Source of the DNA: Patescibacteria group bacterium
GTDB lineage: Bacteria; Patescibacteriota; Minisyncoccia; Ryanbacterales; GWA2-47-10b
Assembly: GCA_038065475.1 (NCBI GenBank)
Contig: JBBTQY010000010.1
Location: forward strand, 3,531 to 67,530
DNA: 64,000 nt
Direction: 5' to 3'
The position numbers were made by a program, and so were the translations under genes. How positions within the stretch are numbered: position 1 is the stretch's first letter; each line of letters starts with the position of its first letter. The notes under the pieces were generated by a model. It did not search any database and was not told the origin of the DNA. It saw nothing but the letters and a program-made list of their open reading frames with translations. Shown one piece after another: positions 1 through 10,285 of the stretch.

Positions 1-107
1 CAGATGCGTATGATTGCAGGTTTTATCGATGAAGTATTGCGTGGTATTCATGGTGATAGAGTTGCCAGGCAAGTCGCGCGACTCGCAAAACAATTTCCCC
101 AGCAAAA

Positions 108-929
108 ATGATTTTTCTTGAGGCACAACCAGTCGTAGAAAAGATGAAAAGCGAGCTTGCCACTCGAGTTTCTGGCATGCAGCAAAAACCCCGTTTGGCG
201 ATTGTGATGGTGGGTGAGTCAGCACCTTCCAAAAAATTTGTTGAGCTCAAAGAAGCGTTTGCCAAGAGTATTGGTGTCGAGACGCAACGATATGAATTGC
301 CCGAAGACATCTCGACAAACAGTTTTCGTGAACGAATGCGCGACATTGTACATGAATCGCGCAATACGGGCGTGATTGTACAATTACCCCTTCCGCCGCA
401 GATTGATGCGCAGGCGATTCTCAATGCGATTGTGCCTGAAAAAGACGTTGATGTGCTCTCAGCGCGCGCAGTGGGCAATATGGCCGTTGGTAAGTCACGT
501 ATCATGCCTCCGGTTGCAGGAGCAGTCAAATTACTTTTTGAACACTACGGCATTGATATGGTCGGCAAAAAGATGACGGTAGTAGGTGCGGGGCGTCTGG
601 TAGGTCAGCCGGTGGCTATGTGGGCGATGCATGCAGGTGCTATTGTCACCGTGCTTCATGGCGCCGATCAGGTAAATCAAGAAATGCTCAAAGACGCCGA
701 TATCATCGTTTTAGGTCTCGGCAAGCCGCGTATCATTACGGGCGACATGGTTAAGGATGGTGTCGTGGTTGTCGATGTGGGCACATCAGAGGATGGTGGG
801 GTATTGGTGGGGGATGTCGATCAAGAGTCGGTTTCAAAAAAAGCATTATACATGACGCCCGCAAAAGGAGGCGTGGGGCCGCTCACGGTTGCGCTCGTAT
901 TTCAAAATTTAATTACACTTGCAGGATAA
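108..929 (+). CDS. folD: Bifunctional methylenetetrahydrofolate dehydrogenase/cyclohydrolase
   Basis: Motifs GVIVQLPLP, PEKDVD, VVGAGRLVGQP, VVVDVG, GDVD, TPAKGGVGPLTVA. Confidence 0.95.
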   Translation: MIFLEAQPVVEKMKSELATRVSGMQQKPRLAIVMVGESAPSKKFVELKEAFAKSIGVETQRYELPEDISTNSFRERMRDIVHESRNTGVIVQLPLPPQIDAQAILNAIVPEKDVDVLSARAVGNMAVGKSRIMPPVAGAVKLLFEHYGIDMVGKKMTVVGAGRLVGQPVAMWAMHAGAIVTVLHGADQVNQEMLKDADIIVLGLGKPRIITGDMVKDGVVVVDVGTSEDGGVLVGDVDQESVSKKALYMTPAKGGVGPLTVALVFQNLITLAG

Positions 930-954
930 AAAAAGAGGAGGCTTGTACCTCCTC
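928..954 (-). terminator. Intrinsic terminator between folD and the convergent small ORF
   Basis: GAGGAGG-CTTGTA-CCTCCTC hairpin preceded by an A-run (U-tract on the minus strand). Confidence 0.7.
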
Positions 955-1159
955 AGGTCTTCCGATCCTCTACCGGCTCGAGTTCGTCTGCGAACAGCGC
1001 GAGTCGTTTGCCTGAGTCAAGCCTTCCTGTGATGAGAGTGCGTCCCACGTTCGTTTGCACCTGGGTCACAAAAACTTCTGTAGTACGTTCGTAGGTCGTC
1101 TCACCACATCGCACGGGCTTCGTCAGGCGATAGCGCTTGCTAGCCTCCACATCACCCAT
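953..1159 (-). CDS. Small hypothetical protein (68 aa)
   Basis: Strong SD (GGGAGGAAAGGAG) upstream of ATG, own terminator. Confidence 0.6.
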   Translation of the reverse strand: MGDVEASKRYRLTKPVRCGETTYERTTEVFVTQVQTNVGRTLITGRLDSGKRLALFADELEPVEDRKT

Positions 1160-1235
1160 GGCTCTTACTCCTTTCCTCCCGTGATTGGGAGGGTTCTTCT
1201 TTTACCCTAGACCCGTTAGTTATGATGTGCAAGTG

Positions 1236-2081
1236 CTAGCGGTAGAGTTCTGCGGCAATGATTGCTGCGAGTACTATAAAGAATGCGATAGTTTTTTTCG
1301 GGTGATGGTGTTCTTTTAAAATAATAAGCGAGGCAAAGTATACGATGAGTGGTTGGAGCGAGAAGAGGAGTGTGGTATGTACGACGCCCAATTGTTGATA
1401 GCTCAGACCAAAAAGAATCCACCCGCCAACACTCAAGATACTCGAGAGTACTAAGAGCCCCAAAAGCTTCGGGGTTATTTTTTTAAATTCTTTTTGATAG
1501 AGATACATCGCGAAAAAGGTAATAACCGCATCTTGAATAAGAAAAAGTGCTACCGGGTGCCAGATGGCAAGCAATACCTTGGCGATAGCAGCTGATGCGG
1601 GCGCGGTAACTATACCCCACAAAAGAAATGGAAGTGTGCGCCGCCGTATGGCGAGGTGCCCGTTATGCCAATGTGACCAGATGATAGCGATAGATGCGGC
1701 AAGACCCGCTATAAAAAGAGTAAGATTGCGCTCATCGGCAAATAAAATACTAGAAACGACAATAACCGGTATACTACGAAAAAGATCGATAACTTCGATG
1801 CCGGAAAGTTCATCGGCATCAAGCGCGCGATAATAAAAAATATTGGTGGCGAGTGATATGCCAATCCCAAGGGCGATGAGCCCAAGGTGATAAATATCGG
1901 TTGAGGGGAAAAGGGGTGGGCGGAAAATAAAAAATGCACCCAACATCATGAGCCAATAAATAGGAAAGCCTATGCCAATGTGCGTACGAAAACTAATACG
2001 CCGCATGGAAAGAATTGTCTTATCAATAACAAATGACGTGCCTTGCGAGACGCTTCCGACGAGAGGAAAGAGAAAATGCAT
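1236..2081 (-). CDS. DMT/EamA family membrane transporter
   Basis: About 10 hydrophobic helices in two repeats, each ending in L.E(R/H); TATAAT 6 nt before ATG. Confidence 0.8.
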   Translation of the reverse strand: MHFLFPLVGSVSQGTSFVIDKTILSMRRISFRTHIGIGFPIYWLMMLGAFFIFRPPLFPSTDIYHLGLIALGIGISLATNIFYYRALDADELSGIEVIDLFRSIPVIVVSSILFADERNLTLFIAGLAASIAIIWSHWHNGHLAIRRRTLPFLLWGIVTAPASAAIAKVLLAIWHPVALFLIQDAVITFFAMYLYQKEFKKITPKLLGLLVLSSILSVGGWILFGLSYQQLGVVHTTLLFSLQPLIVYFASLIILKEHHHPKKTIAFFIVLAAIIAAELYR

Positions 2082-2241
2082 TCTTTTATTATACTACGCA
2101 GAGTTTGGATTATTGAAATTTTAACGATTTTCAGTCTCAACAGCAGATTCTTTGTTCTTTGAAATTATTAAAAAAGAAGAAACCCGCCAGAGGTCCGAAG
2201 ACGTGGCGGGGAGCAGTTGGTCTGCTCAGTCCTTGTTGCGG

Positions 2242-2721
2242 TTAGGCGGTAGTTTCCGCCTCGGTCTCGGCAGGAGCCGGCGGGGGCGAGAAGCGGGCGT
2301 CGTCCCAGTTCTCCTCGGGCGCGAGCTTGCTCTGCCGCACGAGCGTGTAGATGGTCTTCAGCTTCTCCATGTTCGGAGCGGCGACACTGATTATCTGCCA
2401 CTCCTCGCGCTCGATGTGGTCAGCCATCATCTCCGAGTGCACCTTGCTTCTGGTCTTCACCATCAGGGTCGCACCCTCGTGGCGATAGATGCCCTCGACG
2501 CGGAATCCCCGGTGGATTTCGTCCTTGAGTGTCACCCTCTCGATGAGCTCCTCGGGGAAGTTCACGTCCGATACGGGGTCGAGAACGTCCTCGTAGACGG
2601 TGACGTACTTCTTGCCGGAGTCGCGGTGGGTTTCCACTCGGACATCTCCTAGAAGCCCCTGCTCCTTGAGAGTCGCTAGCTGTTCTTCTACGCCCTTTTT
2701 CAACCAGATGTACATTGTCAA
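2242..2721 (-). CDS. Hypothetical protein (159 aa), GC-richer accessory gene
   Basis: G/C-ending codon bias, SD-like GGAAAGGGG, upstream promoter, downstream hairpin plus U-tract. Confidence 0.7.
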   Translation of the reverse strand: MTMYIWLKKGVEEQLATLKEQGLLGDVRVETHRDSGKKYVTVYEDVLDPVSDVNFPEELIERVTLKDEIHRGFRVEGIYRHEGATLMVKTRSKVHSEMMADHIEREEWQIISVAAPNMEKLKTIYTLVRQSKLAPEENWDDARFSPPPAPAETEAETTA

Positions 2722-2794
2722 ACCCCTTTCCTGTTTCCGCTACGGATTCCGTGTCGGGGTTGTCCCCAGCTCCGTTCCATAATACGGTGCATTA

Positions 2795-2823
2795 AATATA
2801 GCATAGTTTATTATAAAAGTCAA
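2795..2823 (-). promoter_or_regulatory. Sigma70-type promoter
   Basis: Minus strand TTGACT-17nt-TATATT. Confidence 0.65.
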
Positions 2824-3004
2824 GGTCAACAAAAAAACCAGCATTTCTGCTGTTTCTGCGAGCTAAATCTTATGAATCCAATGATTATTTTTTTCTTTTC
2901 TTAAAATGCGAAACTACCAATTCGTTTTTGCCCCCAAAATTGAATACAAATTAGTCGCCGAGCGAAGCGAGGCGGTCATCTCAAACTTGCAATTTCCAAT
3001 CGGG

Positions 3005-3088
3005 TGCCGCGGGTGGGAGTCGAACCCACACGCCCGTAAGGACACACGATTTTGAGTCGTGCGCGTATGCCAATTCCGCCACCGCGGC
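3005..3088 (-). tRNA. tRNA-Leu(CAA)
   Basis: Cloverleaf GCCGCGG...CCGCGGC-A, anticodon arm CACGA-CTCAAAA-TCGTG, long variable arm, TTCGACT T-loop; no encoded CCA. Confidence 0.95.
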
Positions 3089-3145
3089 ATGCGGATATCC
3101 TAGCATCCCGTTGTCATTTTTCCAATATTTCTCTATCCTGAATGC

Positions 3146-4036
3146 ATGCCCGATGAATTGAAAGAAAAAGAAAGTGTCTTCTGGATACCGACCGAGAAGA
3201 TAAAACCCAATCCCTATCAGCCTCGTACTGAATTCGACGAGGTGGCCCTCAAGGGGCTCGCTGAATCTATTCGGCAGTATGGTATTTTGCAGCCGCTTGT
3301 AGTTTCGCGCATTGAGCGCGAAAGTGAGACCGGTACACAGATTACCTACGAGCTGGTAGCGGGCGAGCGTCGCTTTCGTGCATCGCAGATGATAGGTTTG
3401 CGCGAAGTTCCTGTCACTATTCGCCGCGAAGAACCAGCAAAAATTCGTCTCGAATTGGCACTTGTTGAAAACGTGCAACGCCAGGATCTCAATGCGATTG
3501 AACGCGCCATTGCCTACAAACGCCTCATCGACGAGTTTGCAATGACGCAACCTGAGATTGCAGGACGCGTAGGCAAGTCACGCGAATCGATTGCTAATAC
3601 TATTCGTATTTTGATGCTACCCCAAGACATGCAGGAAGCAGTGCGCGAGGGGAAAATATCCGAAGGCCATACGCGCCCCTTGCTCATGTTATCTACGAGA
3701 CCCGAGGAACAAAAAGAGCTTTTTCTTGATATCCTTGATCACCATCTCTCGGTGCGTGAAGCAGAACGTATCTCGCGCCGCATTGCCCGCGAGCGCGCAC
3801 GCAAAGTAGAAGATTTGCCGAGTGCGGAGACTCGCGCGGTTGAAGAGCGTCTTGGTAACGTACTTGGTACGCGTGTTGAGATTCACAAAGAAGCAGGTGG
3901 CAAAGGCAAAATTTCAATTGAATTTTTCTCAGACGAAGAACTCTACGGCATCACCGCTAAATTGATGCGTGAGCGCGAAGAACGTCTCGAGAGTGAGCGT
4001 ATGGCGCAGGCGACCGAGGAACAGTTTACGGTATAA
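3146..4036 (+). CDS. parB: ParB/Spo0J chromosome partitioning protein
   Basis: PNPYQPR, GILQPLVV, YELVAGERRFRA, ENVQRQDL, HTH GKSRESIANTIR. Confidence 0.95.
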   Translation: MPDELKEKESVFWIPTEKIKPNPYQPRTEFDEVALKGLAESIRQYGILQPLVVSRIERESETGTQITYELVAGERRFRASQMIGLREVPVTIRREEPAKIRLELALVENVQRQDLNAIERAIAYKRLIDEFAMTQPEIAGRVGKSRESIANTIRILMLPQDMQEAVREGKISEGHTRPLLMLSTRPEEQKELFLDILDHHLSVREAERISRRIARERARKVEDLPSAETRAVEERLGNVLGTRVEIHKEAGGKGKISIEFFSDEELYGITAKLMREREERLESERMAQATEEQFTV

Positions 4037-5741
4037 GCTCGACTTCTTTTACGCCTTTGATGCGTCGCAATCGCGCGATAAGTTTTTTGGTATCGCATGA
4101 CTTGGGTATACTACACTCGATTGTCATGATGGGATTCTTTGCATCCGCATCAGTCTTTTGCATATTTATTTTTTCGCGAGTTAACAGGGTAACAATTTCT
4201 TTGAGAAGACCCACGCGGCTCACGCGCGTAATTTTGAGCGTTGAGTACTTGATGGCACGCGCGTTTGATCGACGTATCGTTACCGGCTCAATGCCCATAC
4301 GGCGCAATGCAGCGCGGATATGCCCGCGAGCGACCGAAGAGCGTGCGATAGTGAGCCAGTCGGGATTTGGTTTTGCATTTTTTGCAGTGATGACTTCTGT
4401 GGTGTCGCCCGAGGCAAGCGCGTAGGTAAAAGGCACCATCTTGCCATTTACTTTTGCGCCCGTCATATGATCGCCGATCTCGGAGTGTACGTGATAGGCA
4501 AAATCAATAGGTGTCGCACCCTCAGGTAGATCGATAACCTCACCGCGGGGAGTGAGTACAAAAATACGGTCACGGAAAAAATCGATTTTTAACGCTTCGA
4601 CAAATTCTTCATTTGATGCGCCTTCGGCAAAGTCGCGTTGCCATTCTTGAAGTTTGTGGATCCACGCAATTTTTTCCTCTGCTACCTTTACGCCCGCTTT
4701 TGGTTTGCCACCCTCAACATATGCCCAATGGGCGGTGACACCAAACTCAGCCGCTTCGTGCATGGCGCGTGTGCGGATTTGAAATTCAGCCATGATATCA
4801 TCTTCGCAAAAAACAGTGGTATGAAGTGACTGGTAGCCGTTGGGCTTTGGCATCGAAATATAATCTTTGATGCGGCCGGGTACAGGGCGCCAAGCAGCAT
4901 GGATAATGCCGAGAGCCTGATAGCATTGCTCGACGGTGTCGACGATGATGCGAAGTGCGACGAGGTCAGTAATGCGTGAGATATCATTGTCATAGCGCTG
5001 GAGTTTTTTCCAAAGACTATAGTAGTGTTTCTCTCGAAAATTTACAGAAGCATGGGAAACGCCACCCGCGTGCAATTCACGCTCGACGAGAGGCGCTACA
5101 CGCGCGACATATTCGGTACGTGTAGGTAATATTTTTTTGACATCGGCGGCAAGTTTTTTTGCCTCCACTGGATAGATGATAGGAAAGGCAAGGTCTTCAA
5201 GTTCGCCTTTCATCTCACCCATGCCAAGGCGATAGGCAAGCGGCGCATAGATCTCAAGGGTTTCGGTAGCAATGCGTTTTTGTTTTTCAGGTGCCAATGC
5301 CCCGAGTGTATGCATGTTGTGAAGACGGTCAGCGAGTTTAATGATAACAACACGAATATCTTCGGCGACTGCCAAAAACATTTTGCGCATTGATTCGGCG
5401 GCTCGCTCAAATCCGCGATAACGCACGCGATCAAACTTTGTCAGGCTCTCTACCAAAAACGCTACTTCTGACCCAAGTTCACGCTCGACCTCTTCTTTGG
5501 TTAGCTCGGTATCTTCGAGTACATCATGTAGGAGCGCTGCTGCAATCGCGGGCGCATCGAGTTTGAGGGTGATGAGTTTTTCGGCGACGGCGATTGGATG
5601 CGTGATGTACGGATCGCCCGAGGCGCGCATTTGGCCTGCATGTGAACTTACTGAAAGATCAAATGCTTTTTTAATAAGAATCCGTTCGGTCTCCGAGAAG
5701 CGGATAAGTGAGTGTGCAAATTGATCCCACGTTTTATGCAT
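4026..5741 (-). CDS. rel: Bifunctional (p)ppGpp synthetase/hydrolase (long RSH; HD, SYNTH, TGS, ACT-like)
   Basis: PYITHP, LLHDVLED, KLADRLHNM, KPNGYQSLHT, EFQIRT, TPIDFAY. Confidence 0.95.
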   Translation of the reverse strand: MHKTWDQFAHSLIRFSETERILIKKAFDLSVSSHAGQMRASGDPYITHPIAVAEKLITLKLDAPAIAAALLHDVLEDTELTKEEVERELGSEVAFLVESLTKFDRVRYRGFERAAESMRKMFLAVAEDIRVVIIKLADRLHNMHTLGALAPEKQKRIATETLEIYAPLAYRLGMGEMKGELEDLAFPIIYPVEAKKLAADVKKILPTRTEYVARVAPLVERELHAGGVSHASVNFREKHYYSLWKKLQRYDNDISRITDLVALRIIVDTVEQCYQALGIIHAAWRPVPGRIKDYISMPKPNGYQSLHTTVFCEDDIMAEFQIRTRAMHEAAEFGVTAHWAYVEGGKPKAGVKVAEEKIAWIHKLQEWQRDFAEGASNEEFVEALKIDFFRDRIFVLTPRGEVIDLPEGATPIDFAYHVHSEIGDHMTGAKVNGKMVPFTYALASGDTTEVITAKNAKPNPDWLTIARSSVARGHIRAALRRMGIEPVTIRRSNARAIKYSTLKITRVSRVGLLKEIVTLLTREKINMQKTDADAKNPIMTIECSIPKSCDTKKLIARLRRIKGVKEVELIP

Positions 5742-5744
5742 ATA

Positions 5745-7817
5745 TTATTCGTCGTCTTGGTCCTGATCTTTATCATCTTCTTTCTTCGGCTCTTCGCCTT
5801 CAGCATCAGGATTGCCGGGACGTTTCCATGTGGCGTATTTGCAGGTCGGGTAACGTGAGCAGCCGTAGAAAAGGCGGCGTTGGCGCGTTTTGCGTTCTAC
5901 CAAATCACCCTCATTGCACTCGGGGCATTTTACGCCAATAGATTTTGGCGGAAGAGTCTTGGTGGTTTTACAATCAGGAAAACCCGAGCACGCGATAAAT
6001 CTGCCAAAGCGACCATGGCGGATGATCATGGGCTTGCCACAGTTTGGGCAGTCCTCGCCCGCGGGCTCGGTCATCTCGCGTTTCTCTACCGTTTCATATT
6101 TTTCTTCCAAGTGCTTTGCAAACGGTTCATAAAATTTCTTGATGATCGGCATCCATTCTTTCTCACCTTCGGCGATTTGGTCGAGCTCTTCTTCCATGCC
6201 GGCAGTAAAGGTAAGATCAACTACTTCCGGGAAGTGCTCTACAATCAAATCGTTGACGATGAGGCCAACTTCTGAGGGTTGAAAGCGGCGTTGAGGATCT
6301 CGCACCACATAACCGCGTTCGATGATCGTTGAGATGGTTGGCGCATAGGTTGATGGTCTGCCAATGCCATTTTTTTCAAGCACTTTTACGAGCGTCGCAT
6401 CAGAGTATCTGGCGGGAGGTTCGGTAAAGTGTTGCAGTGGATCGATAGATTCGAGCGAGACGATTTGGTTTTCTTTTACGTCGGGCAGCTCGAGCTCTTC
6501 AGATTTTGTTTTCCATACTTTCAAAAAACCATCAAAAGAAATGATCTGGCCTGAAGTCCGAAATTTGGTACCCGATTCTTTTTTGTCGGCGACGATGATC
6601 GTCGAGACATCAAAGATAGCGTTGGGCATTTGTGAGGCGACAAACCGCCGCCAGATAAGCTCATAGAGTTTAGCTTGCTTGGGATCGAGGTGGGGCGCTA
6701 CTGATTCGGGTGTGCGCCATACATCAGATGGGCGGATTGCCTCGTGCGCTTCCTGTGCACCTTTTGATTTTGTTTTATACACACGTGGCGTTTCCATGGC
6801 GTACTCGGTACCCAATTCTCTGGTTAAATATTCACGCGCTGCCGTCTGCGACGATACCGAAAGATTGGTCGAGTCGGTACGCATGTAGGTGATGAGACCT
6901 ACCGAGCCTTCGGCGAGCTCAATACCTTCGTAGAGTTGTTGGGCGAGCATCATGGTTTGCTTTGCACTAAAACGCAGGCGGCGTGAAGCTTCCTGCTGGA
7001 GTGTACTCGTAGTAAAGGGGGCTGTGGGCGCTCGTGATGATCGCTTTTTCTCGACTGATTCGATGAGCCATTCACGGTCAGCGAGTTTTTTCTCAATAGT
7101 TTTCGCAGCATCTTCTGACGATATATCAAATTTTTCAAGAGACTTACCTTCAAGAGAAACTAGCTCTGCGCTAAATTGTTCACGTGAAGGTGTTAAAAAT
7201 GATCCACCGATTGTCCAATATTCTTGTTTTTGGAATGCTTCGCGCTCGCGTTCGCGTTCAACAATCAGGCGCAATGCTACCGATTGTACACGGCCAGCTG
7301 ACAAGCCGCGCATGACTTTTTTCCATAAAAAAGGCGAGAGCTTATAGCCCACGAGGCGGTCAAGGATGCGACGTGCCTGTTGTGCGTCAACCAAATGAAG
7401 ATCGAGCGGACGCGGGTGCAAGAGCGCTTCTTCGATAGCGGTTTTGGTGATTTCATGAAATACGATGCGTTCGGGTGTTTCGATATTGAGGGCGGCAGCT
7501 AGGTGCCAGGCGATTGCTTCTCCTTCACGGTCCTCGTCAGTCGCAAGGATAATGCGGCTCGCTTTTTTTGCCGCGGCCTTCAAAGTTTTTACCGCGGGAC
7601 TTTTTTTGCGAGGGATAATGTATTTGGGCGCAAAGTCTTCTTCGACATTGATACCGAGGCTGGAGCTTGGCAGGTCGCGGATATGACCAAAGCTTGATTC
7701 AACGATATAGGCAGAGCTCAAAAAACGCGAAATAGTTTTCGCTTTGGTGGGTGACTCGACGATGACGAGTGTCTTTAATTTTTTTGCTCTCGGTTTTGAT
7801 TTTGTTTTTGTGGCCAT
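5745..7817 (-). CDS. topA: DNA topoisomerase I
   Basis: LVIVESPTKAKTI, ATDEDREGE, GRVQS, ITYMRTDS, GIGRPSTY, C-terminal zinc ribbons. Confidence 0.97.
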   Translation of the reverse strand: MATKTKSKPRAKKLKTLVIVESPTKAKTISRFLSSAYIVESSFGHIRDLPSSSLGINVEEDFAPKYIIPRKKSPAVKTLKAAAKKASRIILATDEDREGEAIAWHLAAALNIETPERIVFHEITKTAIEEALLHPRPLDLHLVDAQQARRILDRLVGYKLSPFLWKKVMRGLSAGRVQSVALRLIVEREREREAFQKQEYWTIGGSFLTPSREQFSAELVSLEGKSLEKFDISSEDAAKTIEKKLADREWLIESVEKKRSSRAPTAPFTTSTLQQEASRRLRFSAKQTMMLAQQLYEGIELAEGSVGLITYMRTDSTNLSVSSQTAAREYLTRELGTEYAMETPRVYKTKSKGAQEAHEAIRPSDVWRTPESVAPHLDPKQAKLYELIWRRFVASQMPNAIFDVSTIIVADKKESGTKFRTSGQIISFDGFLKVWKTKSEELELPDVKENQIVSLESIDPLQHFTEPPARYSDATLVKVLEKNGIGRPSTYAPTISTIIERGYVVRDPQRRFQPSEVGLIVNDLIVEHFPEVVDLTFTAGMEEELDQIAEGEKEWMPIIKKFYEPFAKHLEEKYETVEKREMTEPAGEDCPNCGKPMIIRHGRFGRFIACSGFPDCKTTKTLPPKSIGVKCPECNEGDLVERKTRQRRLFYGCSRYPTCKYATWKRPGNPDAEGEEPKKEDDKDQDQDDE

Positions 7818-7821
7818 ATGG

Positions 7822-8694
7822 TTATAGCAATTTTCTCCAAATGCCTCCTGTTTGTTTAATCATACCTTCAATCTCGAGTGATGTGGTACTGGCGAGTACC
7901 GCGCCTGGTGTTAGTTGGGTATGTTTGATAATTTCATCGGTTGAGAGCTCTTCGGTGAGCGCCTCGAGTATTGCATGTTCGTCAGGTGAGCGTTCGATAC
8001 GATCTTTGCTCGAGGTGGATTCTGCGGCGATACCAAGTGCCTCAAAGATATCATCAATACTGGTGATTGGTGTCGCCCCTTCTTTTAAAAGAGTGTTGGT
8101 ACCGCGCGAGAGGGGGCTTGTCATCTGCCCTGGCAGGGCGAGCACATCACGCCCGTATTCAAGGGCGAAGCGCGCGGTGATAAGTGCGCCAGATTTCTCG
8201 CCAGCCTCGGTCACAATGACAGCTTTCGCGATGCCCGCAATAATACGATTTCTTTGGGGAAATGTCCAGAGCTCGGGTTTTTGGTCATTGGCGTATTCGG
8301 ATATGACTGCGCCATTTTTCTCGGCAATCTCACGCGAAAGACCAATATTATCTTTGGGATAAATTACCTTTTCAGAAAGCCCGGAGCCAAGTACCGCGAC
8401 GGTTGGTGTGCCTGCCGCAAGTGCTGCACGATGCACGATAGTATCAACGCCGCGCGCCATGCCTGATGCGATGATGATGCCTCGGCGTGCGAGTGCTCGC
8501 GCGATCTCTTCGGTCATATCTTTGCCGTAGCGGGTAGGGTTGCGGCTGCCCACAATTGCCACAATGAGCGCGTCAGGCGAGGGAAGCGAGCCCTTGATAT
8601 GGAGTGCCGCAGGTATTGCCTTGGGCGGCAACTCTCGGAGGAGTAGAGGCCAGCTTTGGTGCGAGGCAGAAATACTATATATAGAAGGCTCCAT
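7822..8694 (-). CDS. dprA: DNA-processing protein DprA
   Basis: AIVGSR, SGMARGVD, FPQRNRIIAG, SGALITA; adjacent to topA; start placed at ATG 8694 (uncertain). Confidence 0.93.
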   Translation of the reverse strand: MEPSIYSISASHQSWPLLLRELPPKAIPAALHIKGSLPSPDALIVAIVGSRNPTRYGKDMTEEIARALARRGIIIASGMARGVDTIVHRAALAAGTPTVAVLGSGLSEKVIYPKDNIGLSREIAEKNGAVISEYANDQKPELWTFPQRNRIIAGIAKAVIVTEAGEKSGALITARFALEYGRDVLALPGQMTSPLSRGTNTLLKEGATPITSIDDIFEALGIAAESTSSKDRIERSPDEHAILEALTEELSTDEIIKHTQLTPGAVLASTTSLEIEGMIKQTGGIWRKLL

Positions 8695-8791
8695 AGTTTC
8701 GAGAGTACGTGAGGCATGAGGCGTCGTCAAAAAAACTGTGCAAAAGATAGCCTTTATGGTCTAGCATAGTATTTCATGATAGGTTGGTCGT

Positions 8792-10210
8792 ATGCTTTCT
8801 GAGGAGGCGTATCAGCGTGAACAAGACTTGCTTGATGAGGTGCGACAAAAGTCTCCCGAGCTTTTTGCTCGATCACCATTTATTGATGATGATCGAGTAT
8901 TCCAAATAATTGGCATCGAGGGTGTATTTCCCACTGATCGTCCAGTCGGGTATCTGCGGTTATTTCCATCCGATTTTATCGTTGAAGAAATCGCAGAAAA
9001 CGGTAAGGTGCGCACAGTGGAGCTTGCGACGAACAAGCAAATTTCCGGTACCGGACCCAACATATATGCTGATTTAGTGAAGGCGGGGATGTCGACACTT
9101 GATGCAAAGCGCGCCCTTGCCCGTCATTGGAATATTGAAGAAAAATATATCCGCCATGCAGGTATCAAAGATCGTTTTGCGATCACCTCACAACGTATCA
9201 GTATTCGCCACGCAACCGACGAGCAAGTACTGGGCGCGTCATTCCCTGGGAAGCTTTTTTTAAAAAATATTTCTCGTGGGCACGGAATTATCACTATTGG
9301 AAAGTTACAAGGTAATCGTTTTACGATTGTGGTGCGTGTACCCCATGCGCTTTCGGATAACCAAGGGGAAGCGCTCGGTGCACGTGTAGCTCAGATCGGA
9401 CGCGAGGGGTTTTGGAATTTTTTCTATACTCAGCGATTTGGCACGCCGCGACTCATTACTCATTTGCAGGGGCTTTGTCTTTTTACACGACAATACGAAG
9501 AGGGGGTCAAGATGTGTCTGACATATCTTTCGCCGTATGATCTGCCGTATTTCAACGAGCTTCGTAAGCAAGCTCTTGGGCGTTGGGGTGATTGGGAGGC
9601 AATTTTTAAACTACTCAGTCCTTTTCCGATGCACTTTCCATCAGAACTCGCACTTCTCGCGCACTTGCGCAAACATCCTACCGATTTTGTGGGCGCGCTT
9701 CATGCGACATCAGAGGAGACACGCATTTGGGCGTATGCATATGCGAGCTATCTTTTTAATCGAAAACTTTCAGGTTTGATTCGAGATCACGCATCTATCC
9801 CCGAAGTCTTGCCACTCATCACATCATTTCGTGCTGAGGATTGGGATGAATATCGTGAGTTTACTCAGGCAGATGGCGTTGAGCTCGACCCTCGTGTTGC
9901 CGAAGAGTTGCCATTTGTTCGTGCTGAAGTCCCCACGTGGCCCACGCGACAGAAAGCTATCGTTCATTCATTTGCAGCAAACGGTGATCTTGCGGTACTT
10001 TCATTTTCGTTGCCAAAGGGTTCATATGCGACTTCATTTTTGAGTAACTTTTTTATCCTCGCCTCCGATATGCCGATTGTTCCCGGGGTTTCTACTATGA
10101 TTGTCGATGCCAAAAAGATGCTGGGTGAGGGGAATTTAGTGCGAGAGTTTGAATATTTTGATAGTGCTTTGGCTTCACGTAAAGAAGAGATAAAAAAAGG
10201 TTTCGCATAA
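8792..10210 (+). CDS. truD: tRNA pseudouridine-13 synthase TruD family
   Basis: DFIVEEI, AGIKDRFAITSQ (catalytic GxKD), GNRFTI, NFFYTQRFG, FSLPKGSYAT. Confidence 0.9.
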   Translation: MLSEEAYQREQDLLDEVRQKSPELFARSPFIDDDRVFQIIGIEGVFPTDRPVGYLRLFPSDFIVEEIAENGKVRTVELATNKQISGTGPNIYADLVKAGMSTLDAKRALARHWNIEEKYIRHAGIKDRFAITSQRISIRHATDEQVLGASFPGKLFLKNISRGHGIITIGKLQGNRFTIVVRVPHALSDNQGEALGARVAQIGREGFWNFFYTQRFGTPRLITHLQGLCLFTRQYEEGVKMCLTYLSPYDLPYFNELRKQALGRWGDWEAIFKLLSPFPMHFPSELALLAHLRKHPTDFVGALHATSEETRIWAYAYASYLFNRKLSGLIRDHASIPEVLPLITSFRAEDWDEYREFTQADGVELDPRVAEELPFVRAEVPTWPTRQKAIVHSFAANGDLAVLSFSLPKGSYATSFLSNFFILASDMPIVPGVSTMIVDAKKMLGEGNLVREFEYFDSALASRKEEIKKGFA

Positions 10211-10231
10211 AAATAAAAAAAAGACAAAAGG

Positions 10232-10260
10232 AAAGGCCGAGAGTTGAGCTCTCGGCCTTT
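10232..10260. terminator. Terminator hairpin between convergent genes
   Basis: AAAGGCCGAGAG-TTGAG-CTCTCGGCCTTT preceded by an A-rich tract. Confidence 0.75.
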
Positions 10261-10285
10261 GCGCGTGTTCGCGCCCTTACGCCAC

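Noticed and set aside
2152-2652. 166-aa plus-strand ORF and similar shadows at 22281, 23611 and 45044
   Set aside because: Antisense to GC-rich minus-strand genes that have SD and terminator support.
2981-3550. 189-aa minus-strand ORF
   Set aside because: It overlaps parB antisense and the tRNA-Leu; no protein motifs.
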